A DNA stretch of 64,000 nt from a virus (Duplodnaviria; Caudoviricetes). The position numbers and the translations under genes are program-made. The stretch spans positions 1 to 64,000 of the IMG/VR virus record IMGVR_UViG_3300021255_001218. One strand, written 5' to 3'. Under the pieces are notes generated by a model. The model was not told where the DNA came from. It did no database searches and saw nothing but the letters and a program-made list of their open reading frames with translations. The first letter of the stretch is position 1, and each line of letters starts with the position of its first letter. This document shows positions 59,856 through 64,000 of the stretch, piece after piece.

Positions 59856-60347
59856 ATGTATTTTGCAGATAATCGAGGTTCTTTAGCTGAATCTCAGAAC
59901 TATACCGATCCTATCCAGGAAGAAGGCCTTGACGAAGGCGTTGAACCCTATGAAGGTGAAGGTGTTGTAGACTCTGATGCTCTTCTGGAAGAATTCATTG
60001 TAGATATGGTATGCCGTATGAATGAAGATGCACGTAATGAGTATCTTCAGTCTGAAGAATTCCAGACTCTTGTTGAAGCTGGTGCAGTTGGTCGTAAGGC
60101 TATTGTACGTATGTCTCGTCAGGCTGATTTGGAACGTCGTATTAATCTTGCTTCTATCCAGAAAGCAAAAGAAAAGGGAGATGCTGATTGGGAAGCTCTC
60201 CGTAAGAATCGTGTAAACGAACGTCGTCTGCTTAATCGTATTTATCAGAAGTATGGTCGTGCAGTACGCCAGGATGCAGTTGCATCTCAGAAACGTTTAC
60301 TCAAGATATCTCCGCAGGCTTTTAATATGATGAAAGCCATTCGTTGA
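59856..60347 (+). CDS. putative abundant head protein
   Basis: late motif at 59783..59794; acidic N-half ending LVE|A, basic C-half; host-like codons. Confidence 0.55.
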   Translation: MYFADNRGSLAESQNYTDPIQEEGLDEGVEPYEGEGVVDSDALLEEFIVDMVCRMNEDARNEYLQSEEFQTLVEAGAVGRKAIVRMSRQADLERRINLASIQKAKEKGDADWEALRKNRVNERRLLNRIYQKYGRAVRQDAVASQKRLLKISPQAFNMMKAIR

Positions 60348-60553
60348 AAATATACTTCTAAAAATGGGATGGAGTTTTATACTCCATCCCAACTATATTT
60401 TTAAATATATACTATAAAAATGATAGGGTGGTGATAATATAAAGGTAATAATACAGATTGGATTTGAGATTCATAATCTCAAATCCTAAAAGTCTGAAAA
60501 CAATCTTATAAACTTATTTCTATTCTTTTTTGTCTTAGATATAAATTTGGAGG

Positions 60554-62818
60554 GTGATTTTAGTGTTAGAAAATCTGGCAGGATACTATGCTTATGCTGA
60601 ACTCGTTAAAACTGGTAAAGTATATATACGAGCAGACCAGATAGATCGAACTAATTGGTTAGATCATTATAATGGAGTATTAAATATTTTAAGAGATGGC
60701 ATAGAGACAGATTATGTACAACACCTTTTCGTTACGTTAGATTTTGGTACAGGAGATCCAATAGATGTAGTAGATATCTCACTTAATACTTATTATTTTA
60801 ATCTTATTATGTGGTATCATATAATAGCATTAGATGATGAGAGAATTCAGCCTAAGCATTTAATCATCTCTGATAATATTACTAAGAAGACTATAAAGAA
60901 GTTCATTGATGATTACTTTATTACTCCTAGAAAGACTAAGTATTCTAATAGAATCCTTAATAATGTAATCTCTGATGCTATCTATAGATTTGTAGATATA
61001 GATATCTTCTCCTTATATCTTGCCAATACACTTAATCTCGAAGATACGATAGAGCTAATGAATGCATCTCCAGAATATGACCAGATTATCCATGTAGACT
61101 TATCTAATGAGCCTTTGGATAATATGAAGAATAAAGGTATGGAATACGTTAAGAAAGCTAAAGAGATTATAGCAAATGCTGAAGCTATAATGGGTCATGA
61201 GCATTGCTTACGTAATCCTTTTGCTGCATCTGATGGTATTAATGATAAGCAATACAAAGATAACTCTATTAATATTGGTACTAAGCCTGATGGCCAAGGT
61301 AGTATTTATCATGAAAGGATTAACACTAGTTATATCACTGGTGGGTTGAAGAATATATTGTACTATTATATTGATTCTGCATCTGCTCGTGTAGCACAGA
61401 TTATCTCCAAAGAAAATGTAGGTGACTCTGGAGAATTTGCTCGTATTGTAGGATTAAATAATGAAAATATGTTTCTTCATAGAGACCCACATTATGATTG
61501 TGGCACTAATAACTATTTACATCAATTCATTCCTAATAAAGATATACTGAATATTCTCGTTGGTAGATATTATCGTTTAGATAGAATGAGTCCATTGAGA
61601 GAGATTACTGAGAATGATACTTGGTTAATTGGTAAAACCATATTATTACGATCTCCAATATTTTGTAACTCCCATGCACATGGTCATGGTGTTTGTTATA
61701 AGTGTTATGGTAAACTTGCATATACGAATAATGATATTAATATTGGTCGTATTGCATCAGAACTTATTACAGCTCAGCACACTCAGAAAAAGTTGTCTGC
61801 TAAACATGTATTAGAGCCTAAAGTAAAGACCATTATTTGGGATGATATCTTTAAGAATATCTTTGATATTGATATCAACTCAGTTATTATCCGTAAAGAC
61901 TTAAATTTCTCTGGTCTTAAAGGTTGGACTATTAACTTCAATTTTGATAATATCGAATTGGAGAATGATGATGACTTTTATTCCAGAAAAGGATTTAATA
62001 GTAGTAATGGTATCGTAGATGAGCCTATGTATAATGAATACCTTACTGAGTTTGATGTAACTGATAATGAGGGTAATACTGTAACCATTTCGGCTACTGT
62101 AGAGGATGATGATAATAATAGAAAACCTGTAAAACTTTATCTTACTACAGCATTTAGAGAAGCATTCTCTAATAGTGTAGATATTGATGAAGATAGTGAT
62201 ATGGTATCTATTAGACTTCTTGATTTTGTTGATAAGCCTATCTTTAAAGTTAAGATGGAAAATAATGACCTTGGTAAAGCTTTGGAAGAGTTTGAAGCTC
62301 TTATTGATAATAAAGCTATTACTAAGTCATTTAATGCTAGTGAACTTATCTATAGACTGCAGAATAATACCATTAAAGGTGGTATAGATTCTATGTCTAT
62401 CCATCTCGAAGTACTGATTTCAAATCAGATTTGCTCTATACATGATAGATTATCTAAACCTAACTGGTTAAATATTGATGAACCCTATGAGATTCTTACT
62501 CTTAATGAAGCATTGAGTGATAATCCATCTATTATTGTAAGTAGTATGTATAGAAGACTTAGTAGGTCTCTTAACTATCCTCTTGCATTTAAGAAATATG
62601 GTTCATCTGTATTTGATCCATTCTTTGTAAGAAAACCTGTTAAGTTTATGAAGGTTGATCATGAAATACTCGATATTCCTAATCAGTATAGGAATGCTCC
62701 TGGAGAATCTCCAGTAATGTATGACCATGATTATAAGAATAAAGATAGAGCACCTAGAGATCTTAAGAAGTTTATAGAACCGTTTAATACTAAGGAACCT
62801 ACTGGATTGGATGATTAA
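60554..62818 (+). CDS. phage multisubunit RNA polymerase beta-prime subunit, C-terminal part (probably non-virion RNAP)
   Basis: bridge helix ARVAQIISKENVGDSGEFAR, DCGT, RSPIFC...CYKCYG Zn site, trigger loop TQKKLSAKH; early motif at 60406..60422. Confidence 0.85.
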   Translation: MILVLENLAGYYAYAELVKTGKVYIRADQIDRTNWLDHYNGVLNILRDGIETDYVQHLFVTLDFGTGDPIDVVDISLNTYYFNLIMWYHIIALDDERIQPKHLIISDNITKKTIKKFIDDYFITPRKTKYSNRILNNVISDAIYRFVDIDIFSLYLANTLNLEDTIELMNASPEYDQIIHVDLSNEPLDNMKNKGMEYVKKAKEIIANAEAIMGHEHCLRNPFAASDGINDKQYKDNSINIGTKPDGQGSIYHERINTSYITGGLKNILYYYIDSASARVAQIISKENVGDSGEFARIVGLNNENMFLHRDPHYDCGTNNYLHQFIPNKDILNILVGRYYRLDRMSPLREITENDTWLIGKTILLRSPIFCNSHAHGHGVCYKCYGKLAYTNNDINIGRIASELITAQHTQKKLSAKHVLEPKVKTIIWDDIFKNIFDIDINSVIIRKDLNFSGLKGWTINFNFDNIELENDDDFYSRKGFNSSNGIVDEPMYNEYLTEFDVTDNEGNTVTISATVEDDDNNRKPVKLYLTTAFREAFSNSVDIDEDSDMVSIRLLDFVDKPIFKVKMENNDLGKALEEFEALIDNKAITKSFNASELIYRLQNNTIKGGIDSMSIHLEVLISNQICSIHDRLSKPNWLNIDEPYEILTLNEALSDNPSIIVSSMYRRLSRSLNYPLAFKKYGSSVFDPFFVRKPVKFMKVDHEILDIPNQYRNAPGESPVMYDHDYKNKDRAPRDLKKFIEPFNTKEPTGLDD

Positions 62819-62875
62819 ATAATAATAGGAGGGAGATTAATATCTCCCTCCTTATATAATGAATGGAGAAACATA

Positions 62876-63436
62876 ATGAGTAGAAGAAAAGCTGAACTTA
62901 AACCAATATATGGTGATGTAATGATGGTAGTGTATTTACCATTTTCGATGGAGATTAATAGCGAAATAATCAATGTAATCTACAAAAATTGTTTAGTAAG
63001 AGAGTTTCAAGCATTACCTTTAGATGCTGCATCTTTAGTATTACGATTTAGATTTAGTAGAGCTGAACCAGAGGCTTTATTAAATATCGAGCATAGCTTC
63101 TTAAAGTCAGCGGTATCTATCGTATCTGATTCAATACGATTTGTTTTAGGTAAACATAAGATAGAATGGAACTTAGGAGTTACTGCTAATAGTATAGTTA
63201 CCTTAGATCTTAATGATGACTCTCCTACATTAATGACCAAGTTGTTAGATGACTATAGGAATAGAACTATTACTGTAGATGAATTAAGAAGAAAAATATA
63301 TTCCTTAGCAGCACAATCAGTATTTGATAATAGTCAAATAGTAGTAGATAGTTTTGGTGATGGTACTAGTTATAGAGCTATAGAAAGTTTTGTGTTTGAG
63401 AGGTATGAATATGTCTTACGGACCAGTAGAAATTAG
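62876..63436 (+). CDS. hypothetical protein
   Basis: 186 aa; GGAG RBS. Confidence 0.6.
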   Translation: MSRRKAELKPIYGDVMMVVYLPFSMEINSEIINVIYKNCLVREFQALPLDAASLVLRFRFSRAEPEALLNIEHSFLKSAVSIVSDSIRFVLGKHKIEWNLGVTANSIVTLDLNDDSPTLMTKLLDDYRNRTITVDELRRKIYSLAAQSVFDNSQIVVDSFGDGTSYRAIESFVFERYEYVLRTSRN

Positions 63437-64000
63437 AAACTCCTGTATGGTAATTCATAATTACACCCCAGGAGATAATATAAGACTTGAAAGGATGTTT
63501 TCCTTTTGGATTAAAGCTACTCATCAAATGAAGTTTATGGGTATAAGATATGATGTAAATACAGGAGACTTATACGTTCCAGGAGGAGTAGAGTTATATT
63601 ATATCATAAAGTCATTTGATTTAAGTAATGTAATACCAAAGATACCACCAGATCCTTATGATGTAACTTCTAATATGAGATTAACTACTCCTCCTAGAGA
63701 TGAAAGACAGTTAGAAGCTATAAGATTTTGTTTAGGATTGGAAGAGTATAAGAATATAAGAAACCACTCCCAAATATCACTTAACTTAGATACAGGAGTT
63801 GGTAAAACTTATGTAATGCTATTTACAGTATGCTTTTACTCAGTAAAGACTATTATGATTACATCTAACCAAGACTGGTTATTACAATGGAAAGAAGATG
63901 TAATCAAATTCACATCTTTAACTAAAGATGAGGTATTTGTAATCAATGGTTCTACTGATATACAAAAGCTTTTAAATGGATATAAGGATAGTAGTAAGAT
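63411..64000 (+). CDS. SF2 (UvsW-like) helicase, truncated by the window end (not in ORF track)
   Basis: open frame from ATG 63411 with PRDERQLEAI (Q motif) and LNLDTGVGKT (Walker A). Confidence 0.8.
   Translation, partial: MSYGPVEIRNSCMVIHNYTPGDNIRLERMFSFWIKATHQMKFMGIRYDVNTGDLYVPGGVELYYIIKSFDLSNVIPKIPPDPYDVTSNMRLTTPPRDERQLEAIRFCLGLEEYKNIRNHSQISLNLDTGVGKTYVMLFTVCFYSVKTIMITSNQDWLLQWKEDVIKFTSLTKDEVFVINGSTDIQKLLNGYKDSSK

Noticed and set aside
117-63240. Numerous other short antisense or nested ORFs in the track
   Set aside because: They lie within well-supported genes, lack RBSs and have shadow-frame composition
1-64000. Stop-codon reassignment
   Set aside because: Core genes are full length in code 11; TAG and TGA end genes at sensible boundaries; no suppressor tRNA
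1-64000. Chimallin, PhuZ tubulin, integrase, transposase, inteins
   Set aside because: No recognisable motifs in this window; they cannot be excluded elsewhere in the genome

Overview
AT-rich (roughly 30% GC or lower by eye), densely coding segment of a jumbo myophage of the phiKZ/AR9/PBS1-like lineage, probably infecting a Firmicute. Hallmarks: a B-family DNA polymerase split over two distant genes, a stand-alone RNA polymerase beta-prime fragment, DnaB-like, RecD/Dda-like and SF2 helicases, an SbcD nuclease, GyrB, dUTPase, nicotinamidase, and baseplate, neck, tail and holin genes. It also carries tRNA-Leu(TAA) and a tRNA-Ile2-like (CAT) gene. Two recurring promoter-like motifs were read from the sequence (TATATA[C/T]TATA-N4-TG and [A/G]ACA-N6-TA), plus about 25 strong intergenic hairpins. 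The most notable signals are non-coding. (1) A ~550-640 nt highly structured RNA candidate lies directly upstream of the tRNAs, in ROOL/GOLLD-like context. (2) A duplicated promoter/structured-leader/RBS cassette drives two unrelated genes, one an unannotated very acidic 56-aa protein. (3) Several short transcripts and 3' UTRs carry anti-Shine-Dalgarno sequences just before terminators. All calls come from reading motifs by eye; no database searches were run.
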